NCBI GenBank assembly: GCA_965247115.1
Contig: CBDFGR010000002.1
Span: 384,001 to 448,000 of the forward strand
From: Myxococcota bacterium
Lineage (GTDB): Bacteria; Myxococcota_A; UBA9160; SZUA-336
Direction: 5' to 3'
Length of the DNA: 64,000 nucleotides
Notes under the pieces: model-generated
Databases searched by the model: none
Told to the model about the DNA's origin: nothing
What the model saw: the letters and a program-made list of their open reading frames with translations, nothing else
Position numbers and translations under genes: made by a program
In this document: positions 31,391-39,323 of the stretch, one piece after another
Layout: each line of letters starts with the position of its first letter
How positions within the stretch are numbered: the first letter of the stretch is position 1

Positions 31391-32064
31391 GCCAGCCGGG
31401 TCCGCGCGTCGCAGCGGCCGTCCTCGGCAAGGATCTGCTGCTCGACCTGCGCACCCGCGACCGGCTCGGTCACATGGCGGTGTTCGCCGCTCTGGTGGTG
31501 GTCCTGCTGGGACTCACCCTGCCCTCCTCCCGAGGTGCGCGCGCCGACTGGATTCCGGCGCTGCTCTGGATTGTGTTCCTGTTCACATCGCTGCTCGGAC
31601 TCTCACGCTCGTTCCAGGCCGAGACGGACGAGGGAGCCGTGAGCCTGCTCATGCAGGCGCCGTGCGACCGGGGTTGGGTCTTCCTGGGCAAGGCCGTCGC
31701 GAACCTGATCGCGCTCTTCGGTCTTCAAGTCTGGACCGCGATCCTCTTCAGCGTCTTCCTGGACGTCGAGTGGGGACCTGCGCTGCCTGCCGCGCTCGGC
31801 ATAGCACTACTCGGCGCCACGGGGCTGAGCGCGCTGGGCTCGCTGCTGTCTGCCATGTCGATGTTTGTCCGGTTCCGTGACTTCCTGTTTCCGATCCTGC
31901 TCTTTCCCCTGGTCCTCCCGCTGCTCGTGATGACCTCCCGCATGACGGAGACCGCGCTCGAGGGCGGAGCCATCTCCGGCCTCGCCTGGTTCGTCCTCGT
32001 TCTGTACGACTGGATCTTCGTCTGGATTGGCTACTTTGTGTTCGACTACGTCTTGGAGGACTGA
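31387..32064 (+). CDS. ccmB: Heme exporter permease CcmB
   Basis: KDLLLDLR, SRSFQAE, FPILLFPLVLP; multiple TM segments. Confidence 0.9.
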   Translation: MSQPGPRVAAAVLGKDLLLDLRTRDRLGHMAVFAALVVVLLGLTLPSSRGARADWIPALLWIVFLFTSLLGLSRSFQAETDEGAVSLLMQAPCDRGWVFLGKAVANLIALFGLQVWTAILFSVFLDVEWGPALPAALGIALLGATGLSALGSLLSAMSMFVRFRDFLFPILLFPLVLPLLVMTSRMTETALEGGAISGLAWFVLVLYDWIFVWIGYFVFDYVLED

Positions 32065-32067
32065 CTG

Positions 32068-32838
32068 GTGGAGACCGAGCTCCTCCCCCTGCTGAGAAAC
32101 GTGATCCTGGGAATCGCCGGTGTCGGCCTGATCGCCTGGTTCGCGAGCGACGAGGAGCGCGCGATCCGCTCCACCCGAATCACGGGGCCGGTGGCCCTGC
32201 TGCTCGGCATCGTGTGGTTGGGGATGGTCGCGTTCTACGCACCGCTCGAGAAGGTCCAGGGAGTCGTGCAGAAGATCGTCTACGTCCACGCGCCCTGCGC
32301 CCCTGCGGCCTACCTGGGCTTCATCCTCACCGCGGTTGGAGGCGTCGGCTACCTCCGCACCCACAAGCAGAGCTGGGATCGCTTCGCGCTGTGCTCGGCT
32401 GAAGTGGGCGTCCTGTTCTGCACCTTGATCCTGCTCTCGGGCCCGATCTGGGCAAAGCCGATCTGGGGCCACTGGTGGGTCTGGGATCTCCGGCTGACCT
32501 CGATCCTGGTGCTCTGGTTCGTGTACGTGGCCTACCTGTTCCTCCGGGGTCTGGCTTACGGCAGCGACAGCGCTCGCACGTTTGCCTCGGTCTACGGAAT
32601 CGTCGGGACGGCCGGGATTCCATTCGTCTACTACGCGGTCGACATCGCGCAAGGCAGCACCTTGCACCCCGAGAATCCAGCGCGCAGCCAGCTCCCAACC
32701 GAGATGGTCTTGACGATCGCTGTGGCCATGTTGACCTTCCTCGTCTTTTACCTCTACCTGACCGCGCAGAGGCTCGAGATCGCATGCGTCGAGGAGCAAG
32801 TCCGCTCTCGCGCGACACAGCTTACTGGACAAGTGTGA
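32068..32838 (+). CDS. ccmC: Heme exporter/chaperone loader CcmC
   Basis: YVHAP, GPIWAKPIWGHWWVWDLRLT (WWD motif), TLHP. Confidence 0.93.
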   Translation: METELLPLLRNVILGIAGVGLIAWFASDEERAIRSTRITGPVALLLGIVWLGMVAFYAPLEKVQGVVQKIVYVHAPCAPAAYLGFILTAVGGVGYLRTHKQSWDRFALCSAEVGVLFCTLILLSGPIWAKPIWGHWWVWDLRLTSILVLWFVYVAYLFLRGLAYGSDSARTFASVYGIVGTAGIPFVYYAVDIAQGSTLHPENPARSQLPTEMVLTIAVAMLTFLVFYLYLTAQRLEIACVEEQVRSRATQLTGQV

Positions 32839-32954
32839 TGGGTTACGTGATCGCTGCATACGTCGTCGTGCTGGTCCCGCTGATGGCCTACGCCATCCAC
32901 CTGAGAGCTCGGCGCCGCGCGCTGCTCCAGGAGCTGGAGAGCGTCGAGAGATAG
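32838..32954 (+). CDS. ccmD: CcmD-like small membrane protein (38 aa)
   Basis: MGYVIAAYVVVLVPLMAYAIHLRARRRALLQELESVER; ATG overlaps the ccmC stop. Confidence 0.8.
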   Translation: MGYVIAAYVVVLVPLMAYAIHLRARRRALLQELESVER

Positions 32955-32978
32955 TCACAGGCTGTCCACTCGCCTGAC

Positions 32979-33008
32979 TTGACAACGCCGGCAAGTTCGA
33001 GTTACACC
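32979..33008 (+). promoter_or_regulatory. Candidate sigma70 promoter
   Basis: Perfect TTGACA at 32979-32984; weak -10 (TACACC at 33003). Confidence 0.4.
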
Positions 33009-33009
33009 C

Positions 33010-33482
33010 GCAGGGGTTGTCGCGGCTTCGTCCCCGACGCATTCCCTCCACTCAGGTCAGGCCCCCCAGTCTCCCAGCTCGCTGAACTCTGGTCAGGGCA
33101 AGACCTCGACGGAGGCGTCGGAGCCGAAGTGGGGGATTGACCTCCATTTCACGGTGGGACGCGACTCACCCGGTTCGGGGCGACGGGTGTCAGAAACGTG
33201 CAACAGGGCGGCAGGCGGCAGTCCCAAGAGGGCCAAGCAAGATCGTGTAGGGGCGGTGCAGACCGCACTGGCACGGATGTTGGATGCTCTCTTGACGGCT
33301 GCGGGCGCACCGGAGGCCGACGGGGGTGACAGCGCGTGAGGCTGCTCGACCTCGTCTGGTTCGGATGGCGAGGATTGACGGGGAAGACCCCGAAAGCCGT
33401 CCCATCCATCCACCGAAATCCCCGAGGCGGACGTAGGAAGATCGAGGCAGCAGGACGGAAGTCCACTGGGAGGTCGAGCGAG
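33010..33482 (+). ncRNA. Candidate large structured leader RNA / cis-regulatory element
   Basis: Multiple nested helices with G-U pairs, a GGAC-GGAA-GTCC GNRA hairpin, and an alternative 10-bp anti-RBS helix; no convincing ORF. Confidence 0.5.
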
Positions 33483-33980
33483 ATGGCGAGAATGAAGCGC
33501 GGAGTCGGCTACTGCGAGAACACCGACTGTGAGGATTACGCCAAGGGCGTCTTCCTTCTCAATCACGGCGACACCTTCTACTGCCCGCGCTGCCGACAGC
33601 TCGGCAAGGTCGAGAAGGAGCGAGGCTTTTACACCGGGAACTCGGACATCTTCAAAGAGGTCCGCGTCGAGTACAACTTCGACCCGATCCATGGCATCTA
33701 CCGTGAGATCGCGATCGTGCGCGATGAGAGCCTGTGGGGCCGCAACAACGTCTATACGCTCCAGAGTCCGCTGATCAAGACGGAGAAGCGAGCGCTCAAG
33801 GTGGCAGAGGCAATCCTCGCGAACCTGAACCGCTACCGGGGCCTGCTCTCCGGCGACGACATCCCGCGCACCACCGAGATCATCCTGTCTTTCGACGACG
33901 ACTTCGACGAGTTCAGCCGGAGGCTTAAGCAATTGTCGAAGGAGTGGGAAGCTAGCGGGCTGCGGGAGATCGGGCGGTAG
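33483..33980 (+). CDS. Hypothetical protein with N-terminal Cys4 zinc-binding motif (165 aa)
   Basis: GGGAGG RBS before ATG 33483; CENTDC...YCPRC; typical codon usage. Confidence 0.85.
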   Translation: MARMKRGVGYCENTDCEDYAKGVFLLNHGDTFYCPRCRQLGKVEKERGFYTGNSDIFKEVRVEYNFDPIHGIYREIAIVRDESLWGRNNVYTLQSPLIKTEKRALKVAEAILANLNRYRGLLSGDDIPRTTEIILSFDDDFDEFSRRLKQLSKEWEASGLREIGR

Positions 33981-33998
33981 GCGTAGGACGGGAGGCCA

Positions 33999-34115
33999 TC
34001 GGAGGCCGGGAGACCCTCCTCCTGGCGGACTCCGCTCCTTGCGTGTTCAGGCGCATTGGCTCGCTTCGGGTACCGCTACCACAGTCCGCCAGGAGGAGGG
34101 TCTCCCGACCTCCGA
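33999..34115. repeat. 33-bp inverted repeat with 51-bp spacer
   Basis: 33999-34031 TCGGAGGCCGGGAGACCCTCCTCCTGGCGGACT against 34083-34115, one mismatch. Confidence 0.85.
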
Positions 34116-34146
34116 CTCCCTGCCCTGCGTGGCGTGGAGGCACCCG

Positions 34147-34238
34147 GCAAGCGCCGCGGGAGGCGGCGCGCGCAGCGAAGGGCGCAGCCCTGAGCGAAGG
34201 TGGGTGGCCGCGGCCGCCCGCGGCCGGGTCCCACAAGA
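34147..34238 (-). repeat. REP-like repeat, copy 3
   Basis: Reverse-complement unit starting directly after the hisG TAG. Confidence 0.9.
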
Positions 34239-35144
34239 CTAGTAGATGATTTTGTTGATGGAGAACTCGACGATGCCGCTGGCACCGGCGTCGAAGAGGT
34301 CGGGGATGAGCTCGCGGACGACGGCTTCTTCGATGATGGTGTTGATGGCTACCATCTTGCCGTCTGCAAGGGAGGAGATGGTCGGGGAGGCGAGTGCGGG
34401 GAGGAGCTCGACGACCTTGGAGAGCTGCTCCTTCGGGCAGTTGAGCATCAGGCCCACCTTGCCGCCCGCGTTGATGGCGCCGTTCAGCATGAGGGCGAGA
34501 CGTTCGAGCTTGCGTTTCTTCCAGGGGTCCTGGCTAGCGGCTTTGTTCGCGATCAGCCGCGGGGTGCTCTCCATGACCGTTGCGACGACCCGCAGCTCGT
34601 TCGCGCGCAGCGAGGAGCCCGTCTCCGTTACCTCGACAATGGCGTCGGCGAGCAGGGGCGGCTTGACCTCCGTCGCGCCCCAGGAGAACTCCACCCGGGC
34701 CTTCACGCCCTGCTTCTTCAGCCATGCGCGGACCAGGCCCACGCCTTCGGTCGCGATCAGCTTGCCCTCGATGTCGGCGACTCTCCGGATGTCCGAGTCC
34801 TCGGGAACGGCGAGCACCCAGCGCGTTGGTCGAAAGCTCTGCTTCGAGTACTCGAGGTCGGCCAGCTCGTTCACCTTGGCACGGTTCTCGACAATCCAGT
34901 CGTAGCCCGTGATTCCGGCATCCAACGCTCCAGCCTCGACGTACCGCGCGATCTCTTGCGCGCGAATCAGTACGCACTCGATCTCGGGGTCGTCGATGCT
35001 CGGATAGAGCGAGCGCTCCGGGAAGGACACACGATAGCCAGCGCGCTCGAACAGGCTGGCCGTGTTGTCCTGCAGCGATCCCTTGGGAAAGCCGAAACGG
35101 AGCACCTGCGTGCCATCTTTTGAGCGACGCGCACCGAGAGCCAT
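34239..35144 (-). CDS. hisG: ATP phosphoribosyltransferase, long form
   Basis: [36 protein letters not shown]-terminal regulatory domain. Confidence 0.95.
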   Translation of the reverse strand: MALGARRSKDGTQVLRFGFPKGSLQDNTASLFERAGYRVSFPERSLYPSIDDPEIECVLIRAQEIARYVEAGALDAGITGYDWIVENRAKVNELADLEYSKQSFRPTRWVLAVPEDSDIRRVADIEGKLIATEGVGLVRAWLKKQGVKARVEFSWGATEVKPPLLADAIVEVTETGSSLRANELRVVATVMESTPRLIANKAASQDPWKKRKLERLALMLNGAINAGGKVGLMLNCPKEQLSKVVELLPALASPTISSLADGKMVAINTIIEEAVVRELIPDLFDAGASGIVEFSINKIIY

Positions 35145-35156
35145 GGCGCTCCGAGG

Positions 35157-37793
35157 TTAAGGAGTCTGGAGGGCTCGCGCCAACCGCAGCTGGCGTTGGG
35201 GCAGCTCGTCCCAGCGCTCTCCTGGTCGGAACTTCGCCTCCCGCCGAGTCGGCGAGCCATCACTGCTCAGGACCGATTCTTTGACGAGCAACGTGAGAGC
35301 GTTGCTCGCTGTCACCGGCGAGATGGCCTCGGGGAAGCGGGCCTCTCCGAGCGCGAGATACTCTGCTTGGATCAACTCGGCCGCGGAGAGCAACGCATCG
35401 CCCTGCCCCTCGCCGCTCGCAGCAGCTACGGCCGTGAATAGCGCGTTGTAACACTCGAGGAGAGGAGCGAGCTGCGCGCGCAGGAACTCGATCCAGCCCG
35501 CGCCCTCGAGGCTCTGCTCGAGGCAGCCGTCCTCGCGCTCGCGAAGCCAGCCGCGCTCGAGCATGTGATCGACGATCTGCTCCAGACGCTGCGTGCGCCG
35601 CTCCCCTTCCAACGGAAAGAACTCGAAGCGCAGCAGCTCGAGCCAACCAGACGCGGTCTCGACGACCTCGCAGCGCTGGCGCGGCTCGCGCAGCGCATGC
35701 GCCACGGCCCCAGGCCAGGCAAGAGACGAGAGGATCGTAGAGCGATAGTAGTCGAGCGATCCACGCCCCCCCTCGCAGATGGTTAGCACCGTGCCACCTC
35801 GCGAGGGCGTGCGCGAGACCAGGCCGCTCTTGAGCAGGAGGTCCACAGTCGCCTCGGGCTGCCCCCGGGTCATACACTGTTCAAAGGGCAGCGTACGCGG
35901 CACCTCGAGTAGGCGGAGAAACGCGTCGATCTCGCACACGCGCTCCACGAAGTCCGCCTCGCGCACGGCCTGAACTGAACTCCCGAGCAGTGAGACCGCA
36001 GCCACGGAAGTCCGACTCGCAGTGATCAGCTCGTTGATTCGGCGCGATATCTCGATCCCCAGGCGTTCGGTGGCCACACGCAGCTCGGGCGCCTTGTCTT
36101 CGGAAGAGTCGGTCTCGTAGCGGGAGACGTACTGCGACACCGGCAGCGGCTCGCCGAAGCGAACGATCACGCTGCCAAAGCGGTTGCGGAGCACACTCCG
36201 GGCCTGGAAAAGCTGCAGCAGGTTCTCCCCGCGCTTCGATTTGCCGTCACGCTCCTCGCTCATGCTGCGTTCTTCGACGAGGCGTTCGTACGTGAAGCCG
36301 ACCGGCACCAGGTAGAGCTCCCGGCGCGCGCCTCGGGCGTAGGCCTCCAGTGTCATCCCGAGCATGCCGAGCCGCGGCTGCAGCGTCTTGCCAGTGCGCG
36401 AGCGGGTCCCCTCGATGAAGAACTCCTGGCTCGCCCCATCCTTGATCAGGAGCTGCACGTAGCTGCGAAACACGGCGGCGTAGACCTGGTCGCCCTCGAA
36501 GCTTCTGCGCAGAAAGAAGGCCCCGGCGCGCCGGAAGATCGACCCGAGCGGAAAGAAGGCCAGGTTGATACCCGCCGCCACGTGTGGCGGCACCAGATGG
36601 TGTTGATAGAAGAGCCACGAGAGGATCATGTAGTCGAAGTGGCTCCGGTGGCTTGGAACGAGAACGAGCGGGTGGAGCTTGGCGGCTTCGACAATGCGCT
36701 CGATGTCGTGAACGACGAAGCGTTCGAACACGCGCCGGAAGATTGCCCCCACGACTACACTCAGGACCGCGAGCATGGTCGGGCTCTGGTTGGCAGCAAT
36801 TTCGCGCAGGTAGCGCCGGGCGCGTGTCTCGGCACCGAGCATGCCGCCAGAGCCCGTGGCGTCCGCCTCCGCAACGGCCCGGCGCACGGCGGGATTCCCC
36901 ATGACCGCGTCGTGAATGCGCTGGAAGCTACGCAGGGCAGCCCCGAGGATCGGCTTCTCCTCGCGGCGCAGGAAGATCAAGAGCGAGCGCCGCACCTGCA
37001 CGATCACGCGGTCGCGCCCGTCGGCCCGGTGCTCGTCGACGAACGCTCCCAGGTCGATCGCAGAGCCGACCCGCACCGCCAGGTTGCGATAGTTCCAGAG
37101 GAAGGAGATCAGCTTGCCGAGGTCGGTCGGCCGCTCGGGCCCGCCGTAGAAGAGGTTTAGGAAGGGTCGCTGGGGGCGAGCCCCCTTGCGCCAAAACAGG
37201 GTCAGCGGGACCAGCGAGATGCAGCCAGGGTGAACGAAGCGCGTGTCGATGATCTCGCGCAGGTAGTCGAGCTCGGAGCGCCCGGCCACCACGGCCTTGG
37301 CGCGACGCCGCAGCCGCGATCCCATCTTGTCGCTGCGCAAGAACAGAAACGCCTTCCCGCCCTCGCCTACCAGGTGCCGCAGGTGAAGGAGCTCGGTGTT
37401 GCGCCGACCACGCTTCCCGAGCCGCAGTCGATCCGTGATGCTCCGAAACAGCAGCGGGACCGCCTCGGAGAGCGGCCGGTAGTAAAAGAAGCGAATGCCG
37501 TTCGCGAAGGCGGACAGCTCGAGCCCGGCAGCGATAAAGAGCCAGTTGAACAGGAAGTAGTCGAGGCGCGAGCTGTAGCGCATGACGTAGACAACGCTGC
37601 CCCGCTCGCCGAGCTCTCGAAGCTGCTCCGCGTCGGCGCTGGAGAAGCGGAAGCCCGCAAAGAAGCGCCGCGCGAACAGGCTCGCGAGCCAGCCGAAGTG
37701 CGACGTCATCGCCGTCACTCCATCGGCCGTCCGCGCCCCCCCGAGCTCCGGGTCGGTCTTCTGTACCGGGGTCAGAACCTCCGCTTCAGCCAC
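35157..37793 (-). CDS. plsB: Glycerol-3-phosphate acyltransferase (PlsB-like)
   Basis: PSHRSHFD (HxxxxD), AAGINL, GAFFLRRSF, FIEGTRSRTGK. Confidence 0.88.
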   Translation of the reverse strand: MAEAEVLTPVQKTDPELGGARTADGVTAMTSHFGWLASLFARRFFAGFRFSSADAEQLRELGERGSVVYVMRYSSRLDYFLFNWLFIAAGLELSAFANGIRFFYYRPLSEAVPLLFRSITDRLRLGKRGRRNTELLHLRHLVGEGGKAFLFLRSDKMGSRLRRRAKAVVAGRSELDYLREIIDTRFVHPGCISLVPLTLFWRKGARPQRPFLNLFYGGPERPTDLGKLISFLWNYRNLAVRVGSAIDLGAFVDEHRADGRDRVIVQVRRSLLIFLRREEKPILGAALRSFQRIHDAVMGNPAVRRAVAEADATGSGGMLGAETRARRYLREIAANQSPTMLAVLSVVVGAIFRRVFERFVVHDIERIVEAAKLHPLVLVPSHRSHFDYMILSWLFYQHHLVPPHVAAGINLAFFPLGSIFRRAGAFFLRRSFEGDQVYAAVFRSYVQLLIKDGASQEFFIEGTRSRTGKTLQPRLGMLGMTLEAYARGARRELYLVPVGFTYERLVEERSMSEERDGKSKRGENLLQLFQARSVLRNRFGSVIVRFGEPLPVSQYVSRYETDSSEDKAPELRVATERLGIEISRRINELITASRTSVAAVSLLGSSVQAVREADFVERVCEIDAFLRLLEVPRTLPFEQCMTRGQPEATVDLLLKSGLVSRTPSRGGTVLTICEGGRGSLDYYRSTILSSLAWPGAVAHALREPRQRCEVVETASGWLELLRFEFFPLEGERRTQRLEQIVDHMLERGWLREREDGCLEQSLEGAGWIEFLRAQLAPLLECYNALFTAVAAASGEGQGDALLSAAELIQAEYLALGEARFPEAISPVTASNALTLLVKESVLSSDGSPTRREAKFRPGERWDELPQRQLRLARALQTP

Positions 37794-37828
37794 AGAGAGG
37801 AGTGAAGCAGGGAATCACCCGGTTGGCT

Positions 37829-38038
37829 AGTCCCGTGGGACCCGGCCGCGGGCGGCCGCGGCCACCCACCTTCGCTCAGGCCGAGGGCCTTCGCTGCGCG
37901 CGCCGCGTTCCGCGGCGCTTGCGTTGTGGGACTCGGGCGCGGGCGGCTTGTGGGACCCGGCCACGGGCGGCCGCGGCCACCCACCTTCGCTCAGGCCGGA
38001 GGCCCTTCGCTGCGCGCGACGCGTTCGGCGGCGCTTGC
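37829..38038 (+). repeat. REP-like repeat, copies 4 and 5 in tandem with a partial unit between
   Basis: Units at ~37829-37922 and ~37947-38038. Confidence 0.9.
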
Positions 38039-38071
38039 GGGTGGCTGGACGAGCGCCGGGGGCGAGGTTTG

Positions 38072-38938
38072 CTAGACGAATCGGAAGTTCTGGTCGGGGA
38101 GGAAGATGGAGTCTTCGTTGGCGGCGATGTCTTGGGGGGTCACGCCGGACTCGGAGGTGAAGCCGTCGGAGCCGACGACTTTGAGCTCCGCGACCCGGTT
38201 GCCTGCGGCGAACAGGAACTTGCCCGTCTTGTCCTTCGACAGGTCGCTCACCATGTAGAGCACGGCGGGCGAGACCCGCGCGGGATCGAAGCGCTCCTCT
38301 GCCTGTTCGCTGTCCATGCCGGGCAGGTCGTTTGTCATGCGGGTCACGGCCATCGGAACCAGACCCCAGACGCGGATGTTGTACTTCTTGCCCTCGAGCG
38401 CGAGGCAACGCGTAAAGCCAGCGATGCCCGCCTTGGCGGCGCCGTAGTTGCACTGACCGAAGTTCCCGATCAGACCGGACGTGGAGGAGGTGTTCACGAT
38501 GACACCGCCTTCCCCACGCTCCTTCATGTGAGTGTAGACCGGGCGCGTCACGCAGTAGGTGCCCTTGAGGTGGACGTCGATCACCGTGTCCCAGGTCTCT
38601 TCGTCGATGTTGGCCATCGTCTTGTCGCGCAGGATGCCGGCATTGTTGATGAGAATGTCGACCCGACCAAAGGTACTGACCGCGGTGCGGAGAATGTTCT
38701 CCCCGCCCTCCACCGTCGAGACCGAGTCGTAGCTGGCCGCCGCTTCGCCGCCGGCGCCTCGAATCTCCTCGACGACGGTGTCGGCCATGGCAGCACCGGA
38801 GCCGGCGCCGTCACGGGTGCCGCCGAGATCGTTGACTACGACCGAGGCTCCTTCGCTCGCGAGTAGCAGCGCGTGCTCGCAGCCGAGTCCGCCGCCCGCC
38901 CCAGTGACGATCGCCACTTTTCCGTCTACGAGTCCCAT
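38072..38938 (-). CDS. Short-chain dehydrogenase/reductase (hydroxyacyl-CoA dehydrogenase-like)
   Basis: TGAGGGLG, VVNDLG, NNAGILRD, YGAAK. Confidence 0.92.
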   Translation of the reverse strand: MGLVDGKVAIVTGAGGGLGCEHALLLASEGASVVVNDLGGTRDGAGSGAAMADTVVEEIRGAGGEAAASYDSVSTVEGGENILRTAVSTFGRVDILINNAGILRDKTMANIDEETWDTVIDVHLKGTYCVTRPVYTHMKERGEGGVIVNTSSTSGLIGNFGQCNYGAAKAGIAGFTRCLALEGKKYNIRVWGLVPMAVTRMTNDLPGMDSEQAEERFDPARVSPAVLYMVSDLSKDKTGKFLFAAGNRVAELKVVGSDGFTSESGVTPQDIAANEDSIFLPDQNFRFV

Positions 38939-38983
38939 CCTACGTCTCCTTGCGCCCAGCCCTCGGCGAAGGCGTCGCTGCAC

Positions 38984-39199
38984 TCATTCGAGAGTGACGA
39001 GCACCTCGCCCTCTTCCACGCTCTGGCCTTCCTCGACGCGAATCTCCGCGACTTTCCCCCCCGACGGCGCTTCGACGGGTAGCTCCATCTTCATCGACTC
39101 GATCACGACCAGCACGTCGCCGGCGCTGATCTCTGAACCCACCGCTGTCTCGATGCTGAAGACGGTGCCGGTAATGTGTGCCTCGACGTTCGTGGCCAA
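38984..39199 (-). CDS. Stand-alone biotin/lipoyl carrier protein
   Basis: ESMKME biotinylation motif; ~71 aa. Confidence 0.9.
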   Translation of the reverse strand: MATNVEAHITGTVFSIETAVGSEISAGDVLVVIESMKMELPVEAPSGGKVAEIRVEEGQSVEEGEVLVTLE

Positions 39200-39323
39200 T
39201 CTCAGACCTCCGCTTGTGCCCAACTCCACCAGTTAGGCGCCGCACACTTTCGCACACGCACCTCCCGACTGGCAATCGGCCCCGCCACGGTCCACCGAGC
39301 ATGCTGTGCTAGCTTGCGAGCGC

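Noticed and set aside
33094..33175. Resemblance to a c-di-GMP-I riboswitch (GGCAAgACC...GGTGGGACGC) or group II intron domain V (GAGCCG...ACGGT)
   Set aside because: Spacing, the GAAA loop and GCAAA motif, and the D5 pairing do not fit; too weak to call without a covariance model
33322..33470. tmRNA, SRP RNA or RNase P RNA
   Set aside because: Only fragmentary similarity (GGGGGTGA; GGACGGAAGTCC); the diagnostic conserved blocks are missing
33093..33482. ORFs 33154-33339, 33149-33466, 33093-33932 and the 33336 N-terminal extension as real coding sequence
   Set aside because: No clear RBS and low-complexity Arg/Gly/Pro composition; a strong RBS supports ATG 33483
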